DNA of 64,000 nucleotides from an uncultured delta proteobacterium (GCA_963772835.1 CAVYYZ010000011.1:411107-475106); one strand, 5' to 3'; positions 9,425-19,004 are shown, counted from the first letter of the stretch. Notes: generated from the letters alone by a model not told the origin. Numbers and translations are program-made.

Positions 9425-11407
9425 GTGACTGAAAATCTCCGGTTTCTCCATATTGAGGACAATCTCCTGGATGCAGAACTTGTAGAGGCAGAACTGCGCA
9501 AGGAATGGCCCGATTGCCGCTATACGCTTATCTCTACAGAAAAGGAGCTGTCCGGCTCGCTTGCGGGCGGAGATTTTGACGCAATTCTGTGCGACTTCTC
9601 ACTGCCTGATTACGACGGCATGTCTGCCCTCTCGTATGCCGGTCGGTATGCGGTACATACGCCCTTTATCTTTGTGACCGGAGCCATGGGTGAAGAAGCG
9701 GCCGTCGCGACGCTGAAAAAAGGGGCTACGGACTACATCCTCAAAACGAGTCTCGCGAAGCTTAATCCGTCAATTACCAGAGCTCTGGACGATAAACGGA
9801 GAGAGACCGATTTTGTCATGCTGAAAGAGCAGGTTCTGAATGCCGCGCGGGAATGGAAGAGTACATTTGATTCCATCAGCGACAGTATTGCGCTCATTGA
9901 TACGGACCAGAGGGTTATCCGCTGCAATCTGGCGACAAGTAAACTTCTTGGCCGCGAATTTGCCGACATCATCAGTCAGCCCTGCTGGGAATTGTTTCAT
10001 GGCACTGATGCGCCTCCTCCCGACTGCCCGATGGGTAAAGCGAAGATTTCTCTCCATTCAGAAAGTTCGACGATCAGACACAGCGACCGCTGGCTCGAGG
10101 TGACGGTCGATCCGCTGCTGTCAGAGTCAGGCAGAATGACAGGAGCGGTTCATATCGTTCGTGATGTCACGGAACGGATCGGTCTCGTCAATTCACTCAA
10201 AGATGCAAACGAGCTCTTCAGACTCTTTATGAAGCATTCACCCATTTATAGTTTCATCAAGGAAGTCAGCGCCACAGAAAGCCGTGTGCTGCAGGCAAGC
10301 GACAACTATCAGGATATGATCGGGATCAGTTCGCAGGATATGATCGGTAAAACCATGCACCAGCTTTTTCCGGCCGAATTTGCCGACAAGATTACCGCCG
10401 ATGACCAGCGTACCGTCCTCTTAAACGAGGTCCAGCGCCTTGAAGAGCATCTGCATAACGGCACCTACATAACCTACAAGTTTCCCATCGAACGGGCCGA
10501 TGGAACACGGCTGCTGGCAGGATACACCATTGATATCACCGAGCGGAAGCAGGCGGAAGAGACTCTTCATGCCATGCAGACCCAGTTGATGCAGCAGGAT
10601 AAACTGGCCACCATCGGCCAGTTGGCGGCCGGAGTGGCTCATGAGATTAACAACCCGATGGGGTTTATCGGCAGCAACATGGTCACGCTTGAAAAATACA
10701 TCGGGAAATACAACCGCTATATCGATGGAATAGAGCAGGAACTGCGCTCAGTTTCATCCGGAAAACTGCCCGAGTCGATTCAGCTTTTGCGCCGGTCGCT
10801 CAAAATCGATTTTATTGCACGCGACATTGATCTGCTCGTAGATGAAAACAACGAAGGACTCGACCGTGTCAGACATATCGTTCAGGATCTGATGACATTT
10901 TCCCATTCTGATGTCGCAGCCACCGGTCCGACTGATCTGAACAGATGTATGGACGGGACCATCAATCTCTTATCCAACGAGATTAAATATGTGGCAGAGC
11001 TGACACGCGATTACGGAGAATTTCCTCCAGTATCCTGCAATGTGCAGCAGATCGACCAGGTCTTCATGAATCTGCTGACAAACGCCATCCATGCCATCCA
11101 GACCAAGGGTGAAGAGGTCGGAAAAATATCCGTCCGGACCTGGAGTGACCATGACAATGTCTTCGTATCCATATCCGATACCGGCTGCGGCATACTTCCC
11201 GAAAATCTGAGTAAAATTTTCGAGCCGTTTTACACAACCAAGGAGATAGGCAAAGGCACCGGTCTCGGGCTGCCGATCTCTGCAGGGATAGTACGCAAAC
11301 ATGGCGGAGAAATCGCGGCGACAAGTAACATCGGGATCGGGTCAACATTTACGGTACGTCTTCCCCTGAAAACCGGCAATCACGCCGGCATAAATCGGCT
11401 GGATTGA
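9425..11407 (+). CDS. Hybrid kinase REC-PAS-PAS-HisKA-HATPase
   Basis: N-terminal receiver (HIEDN...CDFSLP...DYILK); PAS; AAGVAHEINNP; GTGLGL; GAGGAGG RBS before GTG. Confidence 0.92.
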   Translation: MTENLRFLHIEDNLLDAELVEAELRKEWPDCRYTLISTEKELSGSLAGGDFDAILCDFSLPDYDGMSALSYAGRYAVHTPFIFVTGAMGEEAAVATLKKGATDYILKTSLAKLNPSITRALDDKRRETDFVMLKEQVLNAAREWKSTFDSISDSIALIDTDQRVIRCNLATSKLLGREFADIISQPCWELFHGTDAPPPDCPMGKAKISLHSESSTIRHSDRWLEVTVDPLLSESGRMTGAVHIVRDVTERIGLVNSLKDANELFRLFMKHSPIYSFIKEVSATESRVLQASDNYQDMIGISSQDMIGKTMHQLFPAEFADKITADDQRTVLLNEVQRLEEHLHNGTYITYKFPIERADGTRLLAGYTIDITERKQAEETLHAMQTQLMQQDKLATIGQLAAGVAHEINNPMGFIGSNMVTLEKYIGKYNRYIDGIEQELRSVSSGKLPESIQLLRRSLKIDFIARDIDLLVDENNEGLDRVRHIVQDLMTFSHSDVAATGPTDLNRCMDGTINLLSNEIKYVAELTRDYGEFPPVSCNVQQIDQVFMNLLTNAIHAIQTKGEEVGKISVRTWSDHDNVFVSISDTGCGILPENLSKIFEPFYTTKEIGKGTGLGLPISAGIVRKHGGEIAATSNIGIGSTFTVRLPLKTGNHAGINRLD

Positions 11408-11476
11408 TAGATTTTTGTAATTGATCGGTTACTATATGAAATGAGTTATTATACGCGGTAATCCGAAGGAGAAAAC

Positions 11477-12433
11477 ATGAAGACCGTTCTGTTTGTAGAT
11501 GATGAAAAATCTATCCGCAATGCCATCGAGCGGATGTACATGGAACGTGATGACGTACGCTGCCTGTTCGCCTCATCCGGACAGGAGGGACTGGATATTA
11601 TCCAACAGGAAGATGTGTGGGTGGTTGTTTCTGACTACCTGATGCCCGGAATGAGGGGGATCGAGTTTCTCTCAAAAACCAGGGGGGTCCGGCCGGATAC
11701 CGTGCGGATCATGATGACAGCCTACGCGGATATATCCATCGCCATTGACGCCATCAACAAATCAGAGGCGTATCGTTTTGTTACCAAACCCTGGAATAAT
11801 CAGGAATTGATGGCGACCATCGATGAGGCGCTGATGCGGTATCAACTGATCCAGACCCTGGGAAAGGATGATGAGTCTCTGTATCTTTCTCTGGCGCAGA
11901 CAGTCGAACTGAAGGATCCCTATACCAAGGGGCATTGCGACCGCGTGGCCAGCTATTCGGTCAGCCTGGCCCGCGCCGCCAACCTGGATGAACAGGTCAT
12001 TACTGATATCAAACATGGCAGCTGGCTGCACGATTGCGGCAAGATAGGGGTTCCGGAAGCGGTCCTCAACTTTCCGGGCCGACTGTCGGAAGAGGATCAG
12101 GAGACGGTGAGACAACATCCCCGCTGGGGTGCTGATGTTGCCCGGCAGGCCAGGATGTCCGAAACGGTGGTCAATGTGATTCTCTCCCATCATGAACAAT
12201 TTAACGGAGGTGGCTACCCGTCGGGTCTCAAGGGTGAAAAAATTCCGATTGAAGCACGTATCGTGGCAATTGCGGATGTGTTTGATGCCCTGTATTCCGA
12301 CCGTCCCTACCGCAAGGCATTTACATTCGAACGGGTGATCGAGTTAATGCAGGAAATGGCGGTAACACATTTTGATCCGCGGTTAATGGCGCTTTTCGGT
12401 CCGATCTCCGAAGAAGCGCGCTCCAAAGAATGA
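11477..12433 (+). CDS. REC-HD-GYP response regulator, cyclic dinucleotide phosphodiesterase
   Basis: Receiver plus KDPYTKGH, HDCGK, HHEQFNGGGYP, ADVFDAL, RPYR. Confidence 0.92.
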   Translation: MKTVLFVDDEKSIRNAIERMYMERDDVRCLFASSGQEGLDIIQQEDVWVVVSDYLMPGMRGIEFLSKTRGVRPDTVRIMMTAYADISIAIDAINKSEAYRFVTKPWNNQELMATIDEALMRYQLIQTLGKDDESLYLSLAQTVELKDPYTKGHCDRVASYSVSLARAANLDEQVITDIKHGSWLHDCGKIGVPEAVLNFPGRLSEEDQETVRQHPRWGADVARQARMSETVVNVILSHHEQFNGGGYPSGLKGEKIPIEARIVAIADVFDALYSDRPYRKAFTFERVIELMQEMAVTHFDPRLMALFGPISEEARSKE

Positions 12434-12493
12434 TGAGCGGCGTCATCAGCAGGCGTATCGAGTATACCTAATCCACCGAATACGAGTGAAGCC

Positions 12494-15466
12494 ATGAAAA
12501 AGTTTATTGACACTGCCAACGAAGCACCGGAATCACCCATTTTCCCCATCGTCGGTATCGGTGCCTCGGCCGGCGGACTGGCGGCATTTGAAGCATTTTT
12601 TTCCGGGATGCCTGCCGACAAGGATCCGGATATGGCATTTGTTCTGGTGCAGCATCTGGCGCCGGACCACAAGAGTATCCTCTCCGAACTGATTCGCCGC
12701 TACACCCGCATGCAGGTTTTCGAGGTTATAGATGGTGTCGTGGTCCAGCCCAACTGCGTCTACATCATCCCGCCAGACAGAGATATGGCCTTTCTGAACG
12801 GTACGCTGCAGCTGCTGGAACCATCTTCTCCGCGCGGTCAGAGACTGCCGATCGATTTCTTCTTCCGCTCGCTTGCCCAGGACCAGCATGAACGTGCAAT
12901 CTGCATCGTGCTTTCCGGTACCGGCAGTGACGGCACCCGGGGTGTGCGGGCTGTCAAGGATGAGGGTGGCATGGCAATGGTACAGAACCCCGACTCAACC
13001 GAGTATGACGGCATGCCGCGCAGCGCCATCAACACCGGTGTGGTCGACTTTGTTCTACCGGCGAATGAAATGCCGGCCCGGCTTATCTCCTACTCATCCC
13101 ATGCATTCGGGAAAATCGACCTATCGTTGGTTTCGTCGCGCACCATGTTGGATGACGCTCTGAAAAAAATATTCATCCTGCTGCGTGCCCAGACCGGGCA
13201 CGACTTTTCGCAGTATAAGCAGAATACCGTCAAGCGCCGGATCGAGAGACGTCTGGCGGTGCATCAGATTGCCGATCCGACAAGCTACGTCCGTTTTTTG
13301 CAGACGACACCGGAAGAGGTGGAAGCGCTTTTTCGTGATATGTTGATCGGCGTCACCAGTTTCTTCCGGGACCCGCTTGCCTTTGCCGCGCTTGAAAATA
13401 CCGTCATTCCACGTCTCTTTGCCAACAAACCGGCCGGAAGTACTGTCAGAGTCTGGACCTGTGGCTGTTCCACCGGAGAAGAGGCCTATTCCATCGCCAT
13501 CCTGCTTCAGGAACATATGGATACATTGAAAAACAATTATACACTGCAGTACTTTGCCACCGATATCGACAACCGGGCCATTGATCAGGCCCGGACCGGC
13601 CGCTATCCCGCCAGCATCGACTCCGATATTTCCGCTGAGCGGCTTGCGCGCTTTTTTACCCTGGAATCGGACGGCAGCTATCGCATCATAAAGAGTATTC
13701 GCGACCTGCTTATATTTTCCGAGCAGGATCTGATCAAAGACCCCCCCTTTTCCAGGCTCGACCTGATAAGCTGCCGTAATCTGCTGATTTATCTGAACAG
13801 CGACCTGCAAAAAAAACTGACCCCGCTGTTCCACTATTCGCTGAATCCGGGAGGCACACTTTTTTTGGGTACATCCGAGACCGTCGGTGATTCTGACCTG
13901 CTCTTCTCCACGCTTGATCGCCATGCAAAACTGTACCAGCGTAAAGAGGATCTTTCCGCATTGCAGCGCCTGACTCTTGGCCGCTTTATCCCGGCTCCCA
14001 TCCAGGGTGTACAGCATCCCGCTGCCTCCGTTACGGTATCCAATGCCGGCAAGGTTTCGCTGCGCGAAACAACCGAACAGGTCCTGCTGGAGCGGTTCAC
14101 ACCGGTCGGTCTGCTGGTGACCGGACATGGGGAGATTCTCTATCTGCATGGACGGAGTGGCCGCTATCTGGAAGCGGCTTCAGGTGAGCCAAGCATGAAT
14201 ATCCTCAAGATGGCCCGGGAAGGACTGAAACGTGATTTGACCACCGCCCTGCACAGTGTTGTAAAACATAATAAACCGGTAACGCGACATTCCTTGCGGG
14301 TAAAAACCAACGGCGATTTCAGCACTGTCAATCTGACGGTGCTTCCGGCACCGCAAAACCAAGATACCGGTAACAGCTCGATGCTGTATCTGGTTGTCCT
14401 CGAGGAGTGTAAGGCACGTGCCCACATCCCTCCGGCACCGGTCCAGACGGCAACTCTGGTTGAAGAGCCGGATGAATCTGCAACGGACGCAGAGACTACC
14501 ATCATCAGGTTGAAGCAGGAGCTGAAGGCCAATGAGGAATATCTCCAGAGTGCCAACGAAGAGCTGGAGACCTCTAACGAAGAGCTCAAATCATCCAATG
14601 AAGAGATGCAGTCGGTCAATGAGGAGCTGCAATCCACCAATGAAGAGCTGGAGACTTCCAAGGAGGAGCTGCAGTCGGTCAACGAAGAATTATCCACCGT
14701 TAACGCTGAACTGCAGACAAAGGTGCTTGATCTGTCACAGGCCAATAACGATATGAACAACCTGCTGGCAGGAACCGGGATCGGTACGGTCTTTGTGGAT
14801 TTCCAGTTACTGATCAAACGCTTTACCCCGTCAATCACCCAGGTCATTCACCTTATCCAGTCCGATATCGGCCGGCCGGTCGGGCACATCGTATCCAATC
14901 TGGTTAATTATGAAACGCTGGTGGCGGACATAAATACCGTTCTGGACACACTGGTTCCGATTGAGGCCGAGGTGCAAAACAGGGAAAATGCCTGGTATCT
15001 GCTCCGTATCCGTCCCTACCGGACGCTTGAAAATGTTATCGAGGGTGCGGTAATAACCTTCATGGACATCAGCGAACTCAAGCGGGCACGGGAGGCTCTG
15101 CGAATTTCCGATGAACTGCAGCGTCTGGCCGTATTCGCCCGTGACGCTCACGATGCGGTCGTGGTTCATGATCTGGAAGGGCGCATTCTGGCCTGGAATC
15201 CGGCGGCGGAAAAGTTGTACGGCTGGAGTGATTCAGAGGCGCTGCTGATGAATATCAGCAAATTGATTCCGGAACAGCTGCGAAAGGCGGAATCAAAACG
15301 GGTACATCAGTTAAGCCGCAATGACGAACTGGAACCGTATCGTACAACACGGATCACCAAAGATGGCGCCGTTGTAAACGTGTGGCTGACCGCCACTACC
15401 CTGCTGAATGAGGCGGAGCAGGTGTACGCGATTGCGACAACGGAGCGGGCGGTCACGAAAAAATAA
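12494..15466 (+). CDS. CheB-CheR fusion with methyl-accepting coiled coil and PAS domains (MAC1-type)
   Basis: CheB triad GASAGG/VQH/GSDG; CheR GVTSFFRD, CGCSTGEEAYS, SCRNLLIY; NEELxxx heptads; two C-terminal PAS-like domains. Confidence 0.93.
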   Translation: MKKFIDTANEAPESPIFPIVGIGASAGGLAAFEAFFSGMPADKDPDMAFVLVQHLAPDHKSILSELIRRYTRMQVFEVIDGVVVQPNCVYIIPPDRDMAFLNGTLQLLEPSSPRGQRLPIDFFFRSLAQDQHERAICIVLSGTGSDGTRGVRAVKDEGGMAMVQNPDSTEYDGMPRSAINTGVVDFVLPANEMPARLISYSSHAFGKIDLSLVSSRTMLDDALKKIFILLRAQTGHDFSQYKQNTVKRRIERRLAVHQIADPTSYVRFLQTTPEEVEALFRDMLIGVTSFFRDPLAFAALENTVIPRLFANKPAGSTVRVWTCGCSTGEEAYSIAILLQEHMDTLKNNYTLQYFATDIDNRAIDQARTGRYPASIDSDISAERLARFFTLESDGSYRIIKSIRDLLIFSEQDLIKDPPFSRLDLISCRNLLIYLNSDLQKKLTPLFHYSLNPGGTLFLGTSETVGDSDLLFSTLDRHAKLYQRKEDLSALQRLTLGRFIPAPIQGVQHPAASVTVSNAGKVSLRETTEQVLLERFTPVGLLVTGHGEILYLHGRSGRYLEAASGEPSMNILKMAREGLKRDLTTALHSVVKHNKPVTRHSLRVKTNGDFSTVNLTVLPAPQNQDTGNSSMLYLVVLEECKARAHIPPAPVQTATLVEEPDESATDAETTIIRLKQELKANEEYLQSANEELETSNEELKSSNEEMQSVNEELQSTNEELETSKEELQSVNEELSTVNAELQTKVLDLSQANNDMNNLLAGTGIGTVFVDFQLLIKRFTPSITQVIHLIQSDIGRPVGHIVSNLVNYETLVADINTVLDTLVPIEAEVQNRENAWYLLRIRPYRTLENVIEGAVITFMDISELKRAREALRISDELQRLAVFARDAHDAVVVHDLEGRILAWNPAAEKLYGWSDSEALLMNISKLIPEQLRKAESKRVHQLSRNDELEPYRTTRITKDGAVVNVWLTATTLLNEAEQVYAIATTERAVTKK
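14555..14722 (+). repeat. Eight imperfect 21-bp tandem repeats encoding NEEL(Q/E)(S/T)x heptads
   Basis: aacgaagagctggagacctct / aacgaagagctcaaatcatcc / aatgaagagatgcagtcggtc / aatgaggagctgcaatccacc / aatgaagagctggagacttcc ... Confidence 0.9.
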
Positions 15467-15509
15467 TAGATTCTGTTGCCGTTCCGCCCGTGGCAGTGAT
15501 AATGCAGGT

Positions 15510-16664
15510 TCAGTCTGTCGGGTCAATCAACCCGGAAATGACCCGTAAAAAATTACGGGTCAGGGCGGGGTGCAGCCCGGTTCCGGCCATATCCTGCATC
15601 ATCGCGGCTATTTCCGGCAGCGACACCGGTTCCCGGTAGGAGCGTCTGGTCCGCAGCGCATCAAAAAAGTCCGATATTGACGTCATGTGACTGCAGAGGT
15701 TTTGCTGCCAGTCCGGAGAAACCTGCGGGTAACCGCTCAGATCGAATTTCAGGTGATGTTCGTAGGCGGCAATAACCGCCATCCGCGGTACCCCGGTTGT
15801 TTCGAGCAGGTGTCGTGCGCCTTTCACCGGATGTTGTTTCATGATGTCGTATTCGCTGGCACTTAATTTGTCTTTTTTTGTCAGTATTTCTTCCGGGATA
15901 AAGAGTTTACCGATGTCGTGAAGCATGGCGGCCACGCCGATATCGTTTAATAGCTGTCCATCAATTCCGAGTGCCATCGCCTGGGCAAGATTAAGGACGC
16001 AGACGTTCGTGGAGTGGGTAAACGTATATTCGTCCGTATCACGCAGCGATGCCATGGCAAGAAGCGGTTTTCCCTCCTTCCGGAATACATCTATGAAGCC
16101 GGATACGACGTCATATACGCCGTTTATTTGCAGCGTATGCTTTTTCCTGACGGTCTCATAGATCTCCATGAAACTCGCCAGTTCCTCGCGCGGCATGTCG
16201 GGCAGTGAAAGCCCCGTCTTATGCGGACTGCCGGATGCTGCATCACCCGATGCTCCCGTTACGCGAAAATCAACTTTTCCGAGCCGGATGTGGTCAGTGG
16301 ATGTCATCGTCTGCGCGCCGTCATCCAGCTGTTGTCTGGCAAGTCCGCCGATCAGTGCATCCACTTCGTTTTTTGTAATTCCCGCCACCAATTTGAGCGT
16401 ACCGATTCCGCGCGTTTTCAGAATGTGGGTGAAGCGATTGAGGAAGAGACTGAGTTCCTGCGGGCGGCCGTCAATGACCAGCTCATGTTCCACAACCAGA
16501 AGCGTGATTTCTGGTCTGGATTCCAGCAGCAGACAGATGCTGTCAAAAGCATGGGCTGAAAGGCGTACCACCTGGGGATGGCCCATGCCGTACAGAGACG
16601 CGTTGGCGGTGGCTGACAACAGGTGACGTATAAACTCATTGATATGTTGACTCTGGCTGCTCAT
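15510..16664 (-). CDS. HD-GYP-domain phosphohydrolase with uncharacterised N-terminal domain
   Basis: DEYTFTHSTNV, HDIGK, HPVKG, HHLKFDLSGYP, DFFDAL, RSYR. Confidence 0.88.
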   Translation of the reverse strand: MSSQSQHINEFIRHLLSATANASLYGMGHPQVVRLSAHAFDSICLLLESRPEITLLVVEHELVIDGRPQELSLFLNRFTHILKTRGIGTLKLVAGITKNEVDALIGGLARQQLDDGAQTMTSTDHIRLGKVDFRVTGASGDAASGSPHKTGLSLPDMPREELASFMEIYETVRKKHTLQINGVYDVVSGFIDVFRKEGKPLLAMASLRDTDEYTFTHSTNVCVLNLAQAMALGIDGQLLNDIGVAAMLHDIGKLFIPEEILTKKDKLSASEYDIMKQHPVKGARHLLETTGVPRMAVIAAYEHHLKFDLSGYPQVSPDWQQNLCSHMTSISDFFDALRTRRSYREPVSLPEIAAMMQDMAGTGLHPALTRNFLRVISGLIDPTD

Positions 16665-18829
16665 GCGTTATTCCCGGATATTATTCGCAACGTTTCTGCC
16701 GCCAGGCGGGCTATCTCGCCGGAGCCGTTCGCAATATGTTCGAGAACAGGACGTGATATTCCGGGTGGATATTTTGGCAGAGAATGTATGATTTCTGTTT
16801 TCAGATTGGACAGCTGACGTGAATGCAGCATGCTCCTGGAACCGAGGATTTTTGCCAGTTCCGGTAATACTTCCGCCCGGCCGATTTCACCCAGCGCATG
16901 TACAATTGCGCTTTTTCGTTCACATTCCGCCTGGGAAAACCCACCCTGCGTCAGTATGCCGGTCAACCTGGACGCAACGGCCGGGGCCGTGCAACGTTCT
17001 GCCAGCAGAATTGCAGCTGTCTGCAGTTCTGCGTTCTGGCTGTCCAGATCTTCCAGAATCTGCTTTTCGACATGCGGATCACGAAAATGCACCAGCGCTT
17101 TAAGGACTTCCTGACGCAGTCGCGGATCTTCGCTGCGCAGTAACGGGCGTATCATCGATACAACTGACGGGTCGTTCTGGGCGGTGAGTATAATCAGCAG
17201 ATTGCGCAGAAAATACCAGCGCGGATCAAACAGGCGGCCGGCAATCGCTTCTCTGGAGAGGGGGCCCATTTCGGTCAGACAATCCATATAAAATCGACGG
17301 AGAGACATGTTGCTTTCTTCCGACAGGCGATCCAGAATAGCCTCGACGAAACCCCCGCCGATTTTATGAATGAGAGAACGGATGTCGCTATAGCAGGGTT
17401 TCCCCCAGATAACCAGTCCATCCAGAATTTCATCCAAAAAATCTCTGCGGCCGTATTCGTCTCGCAAACGCTGATGGATTTCATCCGGGAATGTACTGTC
17501 GTTCAACTGGTCAATCATCTTGCATAATTGAGCATAGTCGCCGGTCTGCAGGAAATAAACGAGCATATCAGTCAGGTTTTGTGTCAGCAGTTCGCGTTCT
17601 TCCGGTGATTCGGCCCCTTCACGGATCAGGTTTATCAGAATTTGACCGATACTGCTTTCAATGGAGCGGTTTTCAACCGTTGTCAGCAGTTCGTCCACCT
17701 CTTCCATATTAAGGCGTGACATCTTATCGGAAGCAATTATGAGATTAAGCTTTTTCTGGTAATCGTCAGGGACAAACTCTTCCGAAGCATGTTCGCGGAA
17801 GATGGTCTTCATCTTTGCTGAAAGGTCATCTTCCGCGGAGAGTTCTTCAATTGCGCTGCGGGAACCGCCGGCATTTTGTCCGAGACGCTCCAGAAGAGCC
17901 AGAACAACGGGAGATACCGTAATACGGCTCTGGTTGATGTCTTCAAGGGTTTCAATGATCGCGCTGTCGGAGAGACCGGCGAGAACGGGTTCCGCGACGT
18001 TTTGCATATTCCGGTTTCCCCCTCCGAAGGAGCTGGCAATGAATTGTCTGCGCAGTTCGGGGGTGAGATTGCTGATAAAGGCGGCAAGCTTCTGGACGGG
18101 TTGACCGGCCAGTGATTCCGGATGTGTGCCATCACCGCCGGGTGTTAAAAAAGCGGAGATAATCCTGTTCAGATCGGCGCTGTCAATGGCGCCGCGAGTA
18201 TGCTGCAGGTTAAGAACCTCGGCAAGAATCTCCGGGTCAAGGCGCGTCTCTTCATTGCCTGGACCATCCAGGTCACCACGGGTAAGCTCTCGTGCAAATC
18301 GTTCCCACAGCTGTTCACCTGTCGGGAGGTCGCTGCCGGGTGAAATAGTATCCTCATCAGTTGACTTGAAAAGATCGTAGCGTATCGGCCTGATTGACAT
18401 TGAAGTGATCCGGGCCTCGGCCCATACCTGCTCAATGCCACCAAGGAGATTGATCTGTTCGCGTTTATGGCCCAGGATGATCGTAAAGGCGGTAAGTTCT
18501 TCAATGGTAATGCCACGGTGGAAGAGAATCGCTCCGATACCGCGTTCAAAAAGGGCGCGTGAAAAATCACGATACACCAGGTTCGTTTTTTCAAGAGCGA
18601 CACCATCTACCATCAAGGTATCAGTGGCGACCCCCAGAATCAGTTCATCATGCTTATTCAGCAGTTCCTCGTAGACAGAGAGCACTTTGGCCAGAGACGC
18701 AGCAACAACCGGATGCCCTGCGGGGTAGGCGCGGCAGTTGCGGCGGGCGATGTTAAGCTCGATGATCAGGGTTGCCAGCGACCTGGCATCACCAGTGTCG
18801 GACGGTATGTCATTTGATTGGGGATTCAT
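16661..18829 (-). CDS. HEAT-repeat protein with uncharacterised N-terminal domain
   Basis: C-terminal HEAT/PBS-like repeats (DPRWYFLRN, EDPRLRQEVLKAL, AIVHALGEIG); 4-nt overlap with the HD-GYP gene. Confidence 0.8.
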   Translation of the reverse strand: MNPQSNDIPSDTGDARSLATLIIELNIARRNCRAYPAGHPVVAASLAKVLSVYEELLNKHDELILGVATDTLMVDGVALEKTNLVYRDFSRALFERGIGAILFHRGITIEELTAFTIILGHKREQINLLGGIEQVWAEARITSMSIRPIRYDLFKSTDEDTISPGSDLPTGEQLWERFARELTRGDLDGPGNEETRLDPEILAEVLNLQHTRGAIDSADLNRIISAFLTPGGDGTHPESLAGQPVQKLAAFISNLTPELRRQFIASSFGGGNRNMQNVAEPVLAGLSDSAIIETLEDINQSRITVSPVVLALLERLGQNAGGSRSAIEELSAEDDLSAKMKTIFREHASEEFVPDDYQKKLNLIIASDKMSRLNMEEVDELLTTVENRSIESSIGQILINLIREGAESPEERELLTQNLTDMLVYFLQTGDYAQLCKMIDQLNDSTFPDEIHQRLRDEYGRRDFLDEILDGLVIWGKPCYSDIRSLIHKIGGGFVEAILDRLSEESNMSLRRFYMDCLTEMGPLSREAIAGRLFDPRWYFLRNLLIILTAQNDPSVVSMIRPLLRSEDPRLRQEVLKALVHFRDPHVEKQILEDLDSQNAELQTAAILLAERCTAPAVASRLTGILTQGGFSQAECERKSAIVHALGEIGRAEVLPELAKILGSRSMLHSRQLSNLKTEIIHSLPKYPPGISRPVLEHIANGSGEIARLAAETLRIISGNNA

Positions 18830-18944
18830 GGCGATATTCTAACATTAAATGAAAATAAGGCCACAAAAAACGAATACGACACAACCTCTGTATTTTTCAT
18901 ATGCAATTCTTTTGCGACGCCATATTGCAGGCTACTCTTCTCAC

Positions 18945-18973
18945 TTGACCAATCACACTATTTACGCTAGCCT
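18945..18973 (+). promoter_or_regulatory. Putative sigma70 promoter of rsmD-coaD
   Basis: TTGACC-N17-TAGCCT, 32 nt before ATG 19005. Confidence 0.5.
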
Positions 18974-19004
18974 CCCACGAAATCAGAGTGTGAGGATCAT
19001 ATGT

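Noticed and set aside
14555..14722. 21-bp periodic repeats as a possible CRISPR array or VNTR
   Set aside because: No spacers; the repeats are in-frame degenerate codons for the coiled-coil heptads of the CheB-CheR fusion
13121..14847. Long antisense ORFs (342 aa, 227 aa) and the many other short opposite-strand ORFs in the track
   Set aside because: Shadows of well-supported sense genes; no recognisable motifs or RBS
18849..19004. N-terminal extensions in the ORF track (rsmD, first kinase, binding protein, Tim44, glnS, miaB, purM, purN, slt, cheB, second cheW)
   Set aside because: Family similarity starts at downstream start codons, which mostly have RBSs; the extensions overlap promoters or upstream genes
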